From: Candidatus Fokinia solitaria
GTDB lineage: Bacteria; Pseudomonadota; Alphaproteobacteria; Rickettsiales; Midichloriaceae
DNA: 32,000 nucleotides
Assembly: GCF_003072485.1 (NCBI RefSeq)
Contig: NZ_CP025989.1
Location: 600,001-632,000, forward strand
Direction of reading: 5' to 3'
This document shows positions 9,421-16,807 of the stretch, in pieces. Under the pieces are notes generated by a model, which saw nothing but the letters and a program-made list of their open reading frames with translations, was not told the origin of the DNA and did not search any database. Numbering within the stretch: position 1 is the stretch's first letter; each line of letters starts with the position of its first letter. The translations under genes were made by a program, and so were the position numbers.

Positions 9421-10443
9421 TTACAACGTATTAAGCGATTCAAAATACTTTATACCTTCAAAAGTAGCAATCCGACCTCTAGGAGTTTTAGTAATAAAGC
9501 CTATTTGTATCAAGTATGGTTCTATATCATCTTCTACAGTGTCTACGGATTCGGAAAGAGCTGTCGCTATACTTTCAATACCTATAGGAGTACCACGACA
9601 ATACTTTATAAGGTACGTCATATATTTGTAATCCAAGCTATCTAATCCTATATGATCAACTTTCAAAGCTGATAATGCGTCTTTTACCATATCGCAAGAT
9701 ATTGCAACACTGATGCCATTTTTTATCTCGCACAAATCTCTTATCCTCCTTAATAACCTTATTGAGATTCTTGGAGTACCACGCGAAGCATTTGCTATAG
9801 CTTTGCATCCATCTTTCTCTATCATCATACCAAGCCGACATGATGTGTTTTTTACAATCAATTCCAATTCTTCTACAGGATAAAAATCCAATTTTAGCGG
9901 AATACCAAATCTATCTTTTAAGGGCTTTGTCAGCATTCCCGTGCGAGTCGTTGCACCAATAAATGTGAAACGCGGTATTTGCATCCTATAAGATTTTGCG
10001 GTAGGACCATCTCCTATAATGAGATCTATATAAAAAGACTCAAGCGCAGAGTATAAAACTTCCTCCACACTTTTGTTCATTCTGTGTATTTCATCCACGA
10101 ATAATACTTCATTGGCTTTTAGATTAGTCAATATAGCAGCAAGTTCTCCTACTTTATTTATCAAAGGGCCAGACATTGCTTTGATATTCACATCCAGCTC
10201 ATTTGCAATAATGTGAGATAATGTAGTTTTCCCTAAACCAGGAGGACCATATATCAGTATATGATCTAAGGGCTCTCCTCTGTTTCTAGCAGCCTGTATG
10301 AAGATCTGCAGATTTTCCATATTGCTCGCCTGTCCAACAAAGTCTTTTAAATACTTAGGGCGCGTTGCAAATTCTCCTGTACTATCCTGCGCACTTGAGT
10401 TACGCACTGGAAAAGTCACTTCATTAATACCGCTTTTCTTCAT
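9421..10443 (-). CDS. ruvB: Holliday junction branch migration DNA helicase RuvB
   Basis: Walker A GPPGLGKTT, Walker B LFVDEIHR, sensor RGTPRI, and the C-terminal winged-helix block EPYLIQIGFITKTPRGR. Its ATG overlaps the murJ stop (ATGA). Confidence 0.95.
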   Translation of the reverse strand: MKKSGINEVTFPVRNSSAQDSTGEFATRPKYLKDFVGQASNMENLQIFIQAARNRGEPLDHILIYGPPGLGKTTLSHIIANELDVNIKAMSGPLINKVGELAAILTNLKANEVLFVDEIHRMNKSVEEVLYSALESFYIDLIIGDGPTAKSYRMQIPRFTFIGATTRTGMLTKPLKDRFGIPLKLDFYPVEELELIVKNTSCRLGMMIEKDGCKAIANASRGTPRISIRLLRRIRDLCEIKNGISVAISCDMVKDALSALKVDHIGLDSLDYKYMTYLIKYCRGTPIGIESIATALSESVDTVEDDIEPYLIQIGFITKTPRGRIATFEGIKYFESLNTL

Positions 10444-11963
10444 AACAAAAACTTACGAAAGAAGACAGTCACTATTTCTACTTTCATAATTCTCATCAAA
10501 ACAAAGTAGAAACATGCGAGGAGAAAAATAGAAAAACATAATGCTAGCAGATTATCTATAACATAGATACTTTTCAACATCAGTATAGCAATACCAAAAA
10601 TTACACCACACAGAAACAGTTTTGAACATTCCTTGAAAAAATGCTTACCGATACTGATATAATCCTTCTTCAGTGAATAACAAAATAATATTATTACTTC
10701 TACTACTGAAGAGATCGGAGAAGACATTATCGCTGCTTTCTCATTATAAAATGGAGATAGCAAAGTTATCATCACTATCTGTACAGCAATACCTACCAAC
10801 GCTACTACCACCGGCATCACAGTATTATGCATGGCATAAAATATTGTAATAAGCAGCCTTACCATAATCGCTGGTAGTACTATAAAGGAAAGTACTTTTA
10901 ACATCAGTCCTGAATGTAATATCGAATTCTCATCAAAGGCACCATAACCTAAAAGATATCTTATTAACTCTGTACTAAAGAAATAAATGCCTATGGCAGA
11001 TGAAACACCAAGTGCAATGCTCCAAATCATTCCTCTTTCTATAAGCAGAGACATACTTTTACTAGTGCATTGCCTTTTCTCGGAGAGTGCATTCGGTATT
11101 AGTGGTAATATAATTGTACCAAGAGTAGTACCAATTAACGCTATAGGAAGCTGTACGATTCTATCGGCAAAATAAAAATACGAGATCGAATTTTGATAAC
11201 GAGATAAGTAAAACATCGTGATGTAACAACTTACTTGTCGCAACATCGCATATGCTATATTACGAAAAAATTTCGTACGAAAGATACTAAGACACTGATG
11301 TAAAGGCATAGAGTAAGATAAGTTTACACCTTTCTTTTTAAGCCAATACCGCATCCAAATGAATTCCAGAAAACCCCCTAATACTACAGTATACGCAAGA
11401 TATCGTAATGCTGACTTTAGCTCATGATCATATAGCATAATCAAATATAAAACAGCTATAAGTACGAGATTTAATATTATTGGCGTAAAGGGGTAATATT
11501 GGTAAAATTTCATAGAATTAAGAATACCACCGTAAAAACAAGCCAGAGACATGAAGAACAGATATATAAAAACTATTCTTGCAGTGCTAACCGTTGCTAC
11601 GCAGGCATTAGAGTTATTACAAAGTCCAGGAGATAGAATCTTGATTATTGATGGCATCAGTATCTCATGCAGCGACAATACAACAATTGAAATGAATATT
11701 AATATAAAATGAAGCTGCCCTAACAATCTCTCTTCTCCATCAATACGTCTTTTTCTGATATCGCTTAAAGTCGGAATTAGTGCATTATTAAACGCACCAT
11801 CACCTAATATACTTCTCCAAAAAAACGGCAATCTTAGTGCTAATATAAATACATCACTTATAAAACCTATTCCTACTACTGTACCTAAACAATAATCTCT
11901 AAAATAACCTATAATACGTGAAAGAAATGTTATACTTCCTAGCTTTAGTGCGCGACCAAACAT
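10440..11963 (-). CDS. murJ: Lipid II flippase MurJ (MviN family)
   Basis: The N-terminal FLSRIIGYFRD...SDVFILALRLPFFWRSILGDGAFNNALIP matches the MurJ signature (FSRvlGf.RD...tDaF.vAf.lPn.lrr.f.eGafs.afvP). Polytopic membrane protein of about 500 aa. Confidence 0.9.
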   Translation of the reverse strand: MFGRALKLGSITFLSRIIGYFRDYCLGTVVGIGFISDVFILALRLPFFWRSILGDGAFNNALIPTLSDIRKRRIDGEERLLGQLHFILIFISIVVLSLHEILMPSIIKILSPGLCNNSNACVATVSTARIVFIYLFFMSLACFYGGILNSMKFYQYYPFTPIILNLVLIAVLYLIMLYDHELKSALRYLAYTVVLGGFLEFIWMRYWLKKKGVNLSYSMPLHQCLSIFRTKFFRNIAYAMLRQVSCYITMFYLSRYQNSISYFYFADRIVQLPIALIGTTLGTIILPLIPNALSEKRQCTSKSMSLLIERGMIWSIALGVSSAIGIYFFSTELIRYLLGYGAFDENSILHSGLMLKVLSFIVLPAIMVRLLITIFYAMHNTVMPVVVALVGIAVQIVMITLLSPFYNEKAAIMSSPISSVVEVIILFCYSLKKDYISIGKHFFKECSKLFLCGVIFGIAILMLKSIYVIDNLLALCFSIFLLACFYFVLMRIMKVEIVTVFFRKFLL

Positions 11964-11973
11964 CCTTTTTTAC

Positions 11974-12002
11974 TTGAAAAACTCTACTTCTCATTATATA
12001 AA
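11974..12002 (+). promoter_or_regulatory. Candidate sigma-70-type promoter for the SEDS-xseB-transporter unit
   Basis: TTGAAA (11974-11979), 17 nt, TATAAA (11997-12002), counted directly in the 89-bp murJ/SEDS divergent spacer. AT-rich DNA produces such matches easily, so this is tentative. Confidence 0.3.
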
Positions 12003-12052
12003 ACTTACTATACTTCGTCAGTGTATTTAAGTCGAGTAAAGAGCACAATAGC

Positions 12053-13192
12053 GTGAGTAATAGACATCTCAAAAGTGACATACTGTCAACGAAATTACCA
12101 TCTATGGATTATCTCACGGTAGTAGTGACATTTATATTGTGCGGAATAGGATTATTGCTTCTCAGCACTGCAAGTCCAGCAAGTACACAGAGATTAAGCA
12201 TCTCTGAACCGTTTCACTTCTTTCATAGACAGCTTGTCTTCACACTCATAGGCTTTGTGGTACTCTTTGCAACTGCATTCGCAAACAGGACATTTTATAC
12301 AAAAGTAGCTTATGTGTGCTTTATAATAGGAGTAGCGTTATTACTTGCAGTGCTCGTTTTCGGTGAAGTTGTGAACGGCTCTAAAAGATGGCTTAACATC
12401 TTAGGCTTTTCCATACAACCGACAGAACTTTTGAAGCCGTTTTACGTTATTGTGATAGCACGTCTTATGTCAAAGGATGACTTTGTAGACAATGCTCATT
12501 ACGTCTTTCTATTTCATGCAGTAATAGCACTATTGATAGTGGTGCAACCGGATTTTGGTATGGCAATGACGTTTACTGCAGTATTTTTCATGCAGCTGCT
12601 ATGTTCTAATTTATCTTTTTCCTCCTTAACGAGATATATACTACTTACATCATCCATACTGCCTTTGGCGTACATCACTCTTCCTCATGTAAGAAAAAGA
12701 GTAGCATTATTTTTACGTCCTAATACAGATCAGTTATCGCTTGGATATCAATCTACAAAATCGATGCTGTCATATATAAAAGGTAGCTGGTTCGGCTCAG
12801 GGCTTGGAGAAGGAAAAATCAAATATCAACTACCGGATTCTCATACTGATTATATATTTGCAGTAGCGGCTGAGGAATTCGGTGCAATCTTATGTTGTGT
12901 AGTCGTAATGCTTTACGCAATCGTAGTAACAAGAGGTATGATAAAAGCAATACGCTCTACAGATAAATTTTGCATGCTAGTCATTATAGGATGCATCGGA
13001 TATATCGCATTTCAATCAATATTTAATATATCTGTTACACTTTCAATATTACCTAGTAAAGGTATGACATTACCTTTGATTAGTTATGGCGGTTCAGCTA
13101 TGATTGGAACATGCGTTTTACTTGGCACTTATCTTAATTACTCAAAGCAGATAATATCCAAGAAAAGAATAAATGCGCATATTCACATGTAA
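12053..13192 (+). CDS. FtsW/RodA/SpoVE (SEDS) family peptidoglycan glycosyltransferase / cell cycle protein
   Basis: GSKRWLNILGFSIQPTELLKP, PDSHTDYIFAVAAEEFG and GMTLPLISYGGSAM are SEDS-family blocks. About 10 transmembrane segments. GTG start at 12053; the ATG at 12104 is an alternative. I cannot separate FtsW from RodA by eye. Confidence 0.9.
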   Translation: MSNRHLKSDILSTKLPSMDYLTVVVTFILCGIGLLLLSTASPASTQRLSISEPFHFFHRQLVFTLIGFVVLFATAFANRTFYTKVAYVCFIIGVALLLAVLVFGEVVNGSKRWLNILGFSIQPTELLKPFYVIVIARLMSKDDFVDNAHYVFLFHAVIALLIVVQPDFGMAMTFTAVFFMQLLCSNLSFSSLTRYILLTSSILPLAYITLPHVRKRVALFLRPNTDQLSLGYQSTKSMLSYIKGSWFGSGLGEGKIKYQLPDSHTDYIFAVAAEEFGAILCCVVVMLYAIVVTRGMIKAIRSTDKFCMLVIIGCIGYIAFQSIFNISVTLSILPSKGMTLPLISYGGSAMIGTCVLLGTYLNYSKQIISKKRINAHIHM

Positions 13193-13204
13193 GGATACTA
13201 AGAA

Positions 13205-13687
13205 ATGAATGAGAAAGACACTCTCTTGAAGTTTCAAAATAATCTTCAAGAACTATCCGATCTTACTAAAGAATTGGACAAAGAAGGTACTCCTCTCTCT
13301 CGTATCATAGAACTTTATGAGAAAGGAACAAAGTTATGTAATGAATGTTACATTCTTTTCGAAAGCGCAAAAAAAATCGTAGAAACACTCCAAAATGCTC
13401 AACAAGTCGATATAACTTCCGAAACGAAGGCGTTCTCTTTCGAAAAAGCATATAAGAAAATAGAGGAAATATCACAAGAAAGTACCGATAAACTTGGAGA
13501 AGCTTTCGAGAAAGCACGCATGGTACGTGAATTAAAAGCACACTGTGATAACTTGTTAAGCGCTATGAAGGTAAAAATACTCGAGATAAAATCAGATGAT
13601 GGCTCAACTACCGTAAAAAAATCTGACCTGCAGGATAAATATCTTCAAAATTATAGCAACGATACAGATAACGAATATCCGCTTTAA
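13205..13687 (+). CDS. xseB: Exodeoxyribonuclease VII small subunit, unusually long (160 aa), apparently with a second degenerate XseB-like repeat
   Basis: Residues about 8-66 (KFQNNLQELSDLTKELDKEGTPLSRIIELYEKGTKLCNECYILFESAKKIVETL) align without gaps to the E. coli XseB hairpin ([54 protein letters not shown]). Residues about 77-130 repeat the pattern. Confidence 0.75.
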   Translation: MNEKDTLLKFQNNLQELSDLTKELDKEGTPLSRIIELYEKGTKLCNECYILFESAKKIVETLQNAQQVDITSETKAFSFEKAYKKIEEISQESTDKLGEAFEKARMVRELKAHCDNLLSAMKVKILEIKSDDGSTTVKKSDLQDKYLQNYSNDTDNEYPL

Positions 13688-13688
13688 C

Positions 13689-14903
13689 ATGGCATGCTGT
13701 AAAAAAATTAAAAACAGCAGTGCGCTTTTGTTTTTAGCCGCTTTACTGCTTGGAATACTAGCTGGCATTACTCGTATTGATTATGCACTTACGATCTCGG
13801 AAGTAGTCGCTGAAATATTCATGCGAATCTTCAAGTGTCTCAGCATACCCGTGATTTGTACTGTACTAATCTCAACTATTACCAACATAGACAGCACAAC
13901 AGCAAAAAGACTCACAATTCGCGTAGTATCATACTCTGTCATTACGACATTACTCTCCGCACTTGTAGCATTGACACTGTATACCATTATTATGAAGCCG
14001 CAACATCATAATGAAATAACTACAGAAAGTATCAATATAGGGAGTAGTACTACATATTCACAGCATATTATAAATAGTTTTCCTTCGCACATATACGCAC
14101 CATTTATAGAATATAACGTTGTTGGTGCATTAATCATTGCGCTCGCATTTGGTTTCGGCATCAAAATCTTTGAGAGAAGTAACGGAAGCAGCACTATAAA
14201 GAACGTCATTAATGATATAAAAGACGTATTCATGATTATTACGAGATGGCTCATAAATATCTTACCTATAGGAGTATTCGCCTTTACAACATTGGCAGTT
14301 GTCAAATTTAACGTAAGCGATGTCAATGACGGAATAGCTAGATACATAGGAGTAGTGGTAGGCGCTAACTTAGTACAGGGATTTCTGATATTACCTGCGT
14401 TATTAATATTTCATAGAATATCACCACTAACAACGTTAAAAAATTCAACTTTAGCTCTATCTACCGCATTTTTTTCAAAATCCTCTAGCGGCACTTTGCC
14501 TATTACGATGCAAGTAGCAGAAGATAAATTAGGTATAAGTAATGCTGTCAGTAAGTTCATATTACCACTATGTACAAGCATTAACATGAACGGATGTGCT
14601 GCTTTTATATTTACCACGACAATATTTATCATGGAAAGTAACGGCATTCACATTTCTTTTTCAGAAATGATGCTTTGGGCTATGATAGCTACAGTAGCAG
14701 CAATAGGAAATGCAGGTATACCAATGGGATGCTTTTTCCTAAGCTTCAGTTTGTTGTCAAGTATGAATCTCGATATCTCATTACTCAGCGTTATATTACC
14801 GCTTTACACGATATTCGATATGATAGAAACTGCACTAAACGTTTGGTCGGACATTTGTATCACAAAAATCATAGATACAAAAGATAGAATAATAAGCGCT
14901 TAA
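13689..14903 (+). CDS. Dicarboxylate/amino acid:cation symporter (DAACS/GltP-type)
   Basis: SSSGTLPITM and SINMNGCAAF correspond to the SSSATLP and NMDGTA signature motifs of the glutamate/dicarboxylate symporter family. Polytopic membrane protein of 404 aa. The ATG lies 1 nt after the xseB stop. Confidence 0.85.
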   Translation: MACCKKIKNSSALLFLAALLLGILAGITRIDYALTISEVVAEIFMRIFKCLSIPVICTVLISTITNIDSTTAKRLTIRVVSYSVITTLLSALVALTLYTIIMKPQHHNEITTESINIGSSTTYSQHIINSFPSHIYAPFIEYNVVGALIIALAFGFGIKIFERSNGSSTIKNVINDIKDVFMIITRWLINILPIGVFAFTTLAVVKFNVSDVNDGIARYIGVVVGANLVQGFLILPALLIFHRISPLTTLKNSTLALSTAFFSKSSSGTLPITMQVAEDKLGISNAVSKFILPLCTSINMNGCAAFIFTTTIFIMESNGIHISFSEMMLWAMIATVAAIGNAGIPMGCFFLSFSLLSSMNLDISLLSVILPLYTIFDMIETALNVWSDICITKIIDTKDRIISA

Positions 14904-15038
14904 TAGATCTCATTATTTATATGAAGTTTTGCGTTATTTTTTTCGCATATAAATTTATAAGATAGAATGTATTGCTTTTTCTTGTCATAATGTATAGTTA
15001 TTTGATACATGCGCTGTGCGTGTTTGTCGTACAGCAAG

Positions 15039-15114
15039 AGGAGTGTAGCTCAATAGGTAGAGCGTCGGTCTCCAAAACCGAAGGTTGGGGGTTCGAAACC
15101 TCTCGCTCCTGCCA
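15039..15114 (+). tRNA. trnW: tRNA-Trp (anticodon CCA), 3' CCA encoded
   Basis: Folded by hand. Acceptor AGGAGTG/CGCTCCT (one G-U pair), D arm GCTC-AATAGGTA-GAGC, anticodon arm TCGGT-CTCCAAA-ACCGA, variable loop AGGTT, T arm GGGGG-TTCGAAA-CCTCT, discriminator G, then CCA. 73 nt plus CCA. Confidence 0.93.
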
Positions 15115-15139
15115 ATATTCTATTGATTGTTTTTAAAAT

Positions 15140-15694
15140 ATGGCAGTTACGTCCTCTACAATATTGAATTCTCAAATAGCGCACGATTTCATGCTTCCAG
15201 CAACTAACGGGAAGATATACGGACTCAATGATATAGCTTTGAGAAAAGGCTTCGTGATAGCTTTTATATGCAATCATTGTCCATATGTGAAGTCCATCAT
15301 AGAAAAACTAGTAGTACTTGATAGAGATTTGGCAGATATAGATATCGGCCTCGCTTGCATCAATTCAAATGATGAAATTGAATATCCTGAAGATTCGTTT
15401 GATATGATGAAAAAGTTCGTAGATGAACACAGTATAAGCTTTCCGTATTTACGCGATCAGGATCAAGAAGTTGCGAAAAGGTATGGCGCTGTATGCACTC
15501 CGGATTTCTTCGGATACAATGCAGATAGAATGCTTGTTTATAAAGGACGTTTAGATGCTTCTCAAAAAAATAATATACACGATGCAGAGAGAGAGTTGTT
15601 TAATGCAATGTGGGAAGTAGCGCAAAGCGGCAATTTTACGGGCGTTCAGAATGCAAGTATAGGCTGTTCAATAAAGTGGAAAAAGAGTACATGA
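15140..15694 (+). CDS. Thioredoxin family protein (peroxiredoxin-like, PRX_like1-type redoxin domain)
   Basis: FICNHCPYVK (CxxC-type active site), INSNDEIEYPEDSFDMMKKF, ISFPYLRDQDQEVAKRYGAVCTPDFF and VYKGRLD match the conserved layout of the AhpC/TSA-like thioredoxin-fold family. Confidence 0.8.
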   Translation: MAVTSSTILNSQIAHDFMLPATNGKIYGLNDIALRKGFVIAFICNHCPYVKSIIEKLVVLDRDLADIDIGLACINSNDEIEYPEDSFDMMKKFVDEHSISFPYLRDQDQEVAKRYGAVCTPDFFGYNADRMLVYKGRLDASQKNNIHDAERELFNAMWEVAQSGNFTGVQNASIGCSIKWKKST

Positions 15695-15749
15695 ACTATT
15701 TAACTTTTAATACTACTCTAAATTTCATCTTTTAAATTCTTGTGTCGTG

Positions 15750-15870
15750 ATAGTACAAAACTACGTATTTCCTTACTTCTTCCAACATTATAGTACGTAG
15801 CGCTACAGTTAATCATTTCTGATACAGTTGTTTTATCGGTTTTTTCGCCATAGTACTAATTTCGCTACAA
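15750..15870. repeat. Three imperfect direct repeats, ATAGTAC-N4-8-CTAC(G/A), starting at 15750, 15790 and 15850
   Basis: Read directly: atagtacaaaactacgta (15750), atagtacgtagcgctaca (15790), atagtactaatttcgctacaa (15850). Start spacing is 40 and 60 bp. TACGTA occurs at 15762 and 15794. The 10-bp palindrome GTAGCGCTAC lies at 15797-15806. Confidence 0.5.
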
Positions 15871-16212
15871 TACTACTATAAGAGAACACACTCTGTTCTT
15901 CTCAAAATTACAATAACCAAAGTATCAAGGTTATTTGATATTCTTGTAATGAAAAATCTTTCATTAAAGATATTCATATAACATTTTCAAAATTCAACTC
16001 TTAGTCACAAGCAGCGCACGCTCTTCTAAAAAGTAATCTTTTACTCATGCATTGCATATCGACGCAATACCTTCGAAAAATAAAGTTAAAAAATTATATA
16101 TATCTGCTTTCAGCATAACGAAAAAAATATCACCGTGATATCATAGTGATATGATTTTTAGAACATTTTTGCACGATTATTAGTAGCAAATATTACATAT
16201 ATTTTTTTTAAT

Positions 16213-16241
16213 TTGCCTTGAAATAGTCTTCTTTTTATTGT
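16213..16241 (+). promoter_or_regulatory. Candidate sigma-70-type promoter upstream of the dksA-like gene
   Basis: TTGCCT (16213-16218), 17 nt, TATTGT (16236-16241), about 50 nt upstream of the preferred ATG. Tentative in AT-rich DNA. Confidence 0.25.
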
Positions 16242-16292
16242 AGAAAGAACTGAACAATTTTGAATCATACACAATTATGCGTTTATAGTAGC

Positions 16293-16709
16293 ATGTTATC
16301 ACATACAGAGATTATGAAGTACGCTTCTTCGCTGAAGGGTGAAGATTACATGAATGAAATACAGATCGCCTTTTTTAAAAAGGTACTACTGAAATTGAAA
16401 GAAGATGCATTATCTCAACGCTCTGATAATTTTTTACAAAATAGAATATCAAATTCATGCACCGTCATTACAGCAAGTAACTCTTTAATCGCAGAAATAA
16501 ATTTGGCATTAGATAGAATAAATGACAAAAGTTATGGTTATTGTTGTAAAAGTGGCCAAGAGATTGGATTAGAACGTTTACTGGCAAATCCTCTCGCCAC
16601 TCTCACAATAGAAGAGCAAGAAAAAGCAGAAAAAAGTCCTAAAAATAATGTTAAGCACTATACTGCAGTGCAATTCAGCCACGCATTACATGAAGTAGAA
16701 GAAGAATAG
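16293..16709 (+). CDS. dksA: DksA/TraR family transcription factor-like protein with a degenerate zinc finger
   Basis: GEDYMNEIQIAFFKKVL matches the DksA N-terminal block (EEYMNEAQLAHFRRIL). YGYCCKSGQEIGLERLLANPLATLTIEEQE aligns to E. coli [30 protein letters not shown]. Start chosen at the ATG at 16293; the ATG at 16314 and the track TTG at 16260 are alternatives. Confidence 0.75.
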   Translation: MLSHTEIMKYASSLKGEDYMNEIQIAFFKKVLLKLKEDALSQRSDNFLQNRISNSCTVITASNSLIAEINLALDRINDKSYGYCCKSGQEIGLERLLANPLATLTIEEQEKAEKSPKNNVKHYTAVQFSHALHEVEEE

Positions 16710-16723
16710 TAGCTATATTAATT

Positions 16724-16736
16724 ACAGTATTACTGT
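16724..16736. terminator. Short palindrome between the convergent dksA-like and murE genes (weak bidirectional terminator candidate)
   Basis: ACAGTA-T-TACTGT read directly. Short AT-rich stem with no strong U-tract, so this is weak. Confidence 0.2.
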
Positions 16737-16807
16737 TTATCAAAAGAAGTAGCATTATATCTATAGTGCGATTATAAGAAATTCCATCATATTCTATTAC
16801 AAATAAG

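Noticed and set aside
11964-12052. Possible replication origin at the strand-switch point: a long minus-strand gene run to the left and a plus-strand run to the right.
   Set aside because: The spacer is only 89 bp, and I found no cluster of DnaA-box-like sequences (TTATCCACA or its complement) there or elsewhere. The few near-matches (for example 3907-3915 and 23655-23663) are isolated inside CDSs. GC skew cannot be computed by eye.
15050-15277. A 75-aa minus-strand ORF overlapping the tRNA-Trp and the start of the thioredoxin-like gene.
   Set aside because: It spans a well-folding tRNA gene and the 5' end of a recognisable CDS on the other strand, so it is spurious.
16205-16225. CtrA-box-like (TTAA-N7-TTAA) half-matches, for example TTAATTTGCCTTGAA upstream of dksA and similar strings at 30320-30393.
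   Set aside because: These are only partial matches (TTAA-N7-TGAA/ATTA/TTTA). Such patterns are expected by chance in DNA this AT-rich.
15695-16292. A known structured RNA (tmRNA, RNase P RNA, SRP/4.5S RNA, 6S) hidden in this spacer or in the other large one (24355..24894).
   Set aside because: I looked for hallmark strings: a GGTTCGA T-loop outside the tRNA, the GAGGAAAGTCCGG of RNase P, the SRP GGAAGCAG motif, and an ANDN-type tag reading frame. None was found in the spacers. The only GGAAGCAGC lies inside the transporter CDS. A covariance-model search is still needed.
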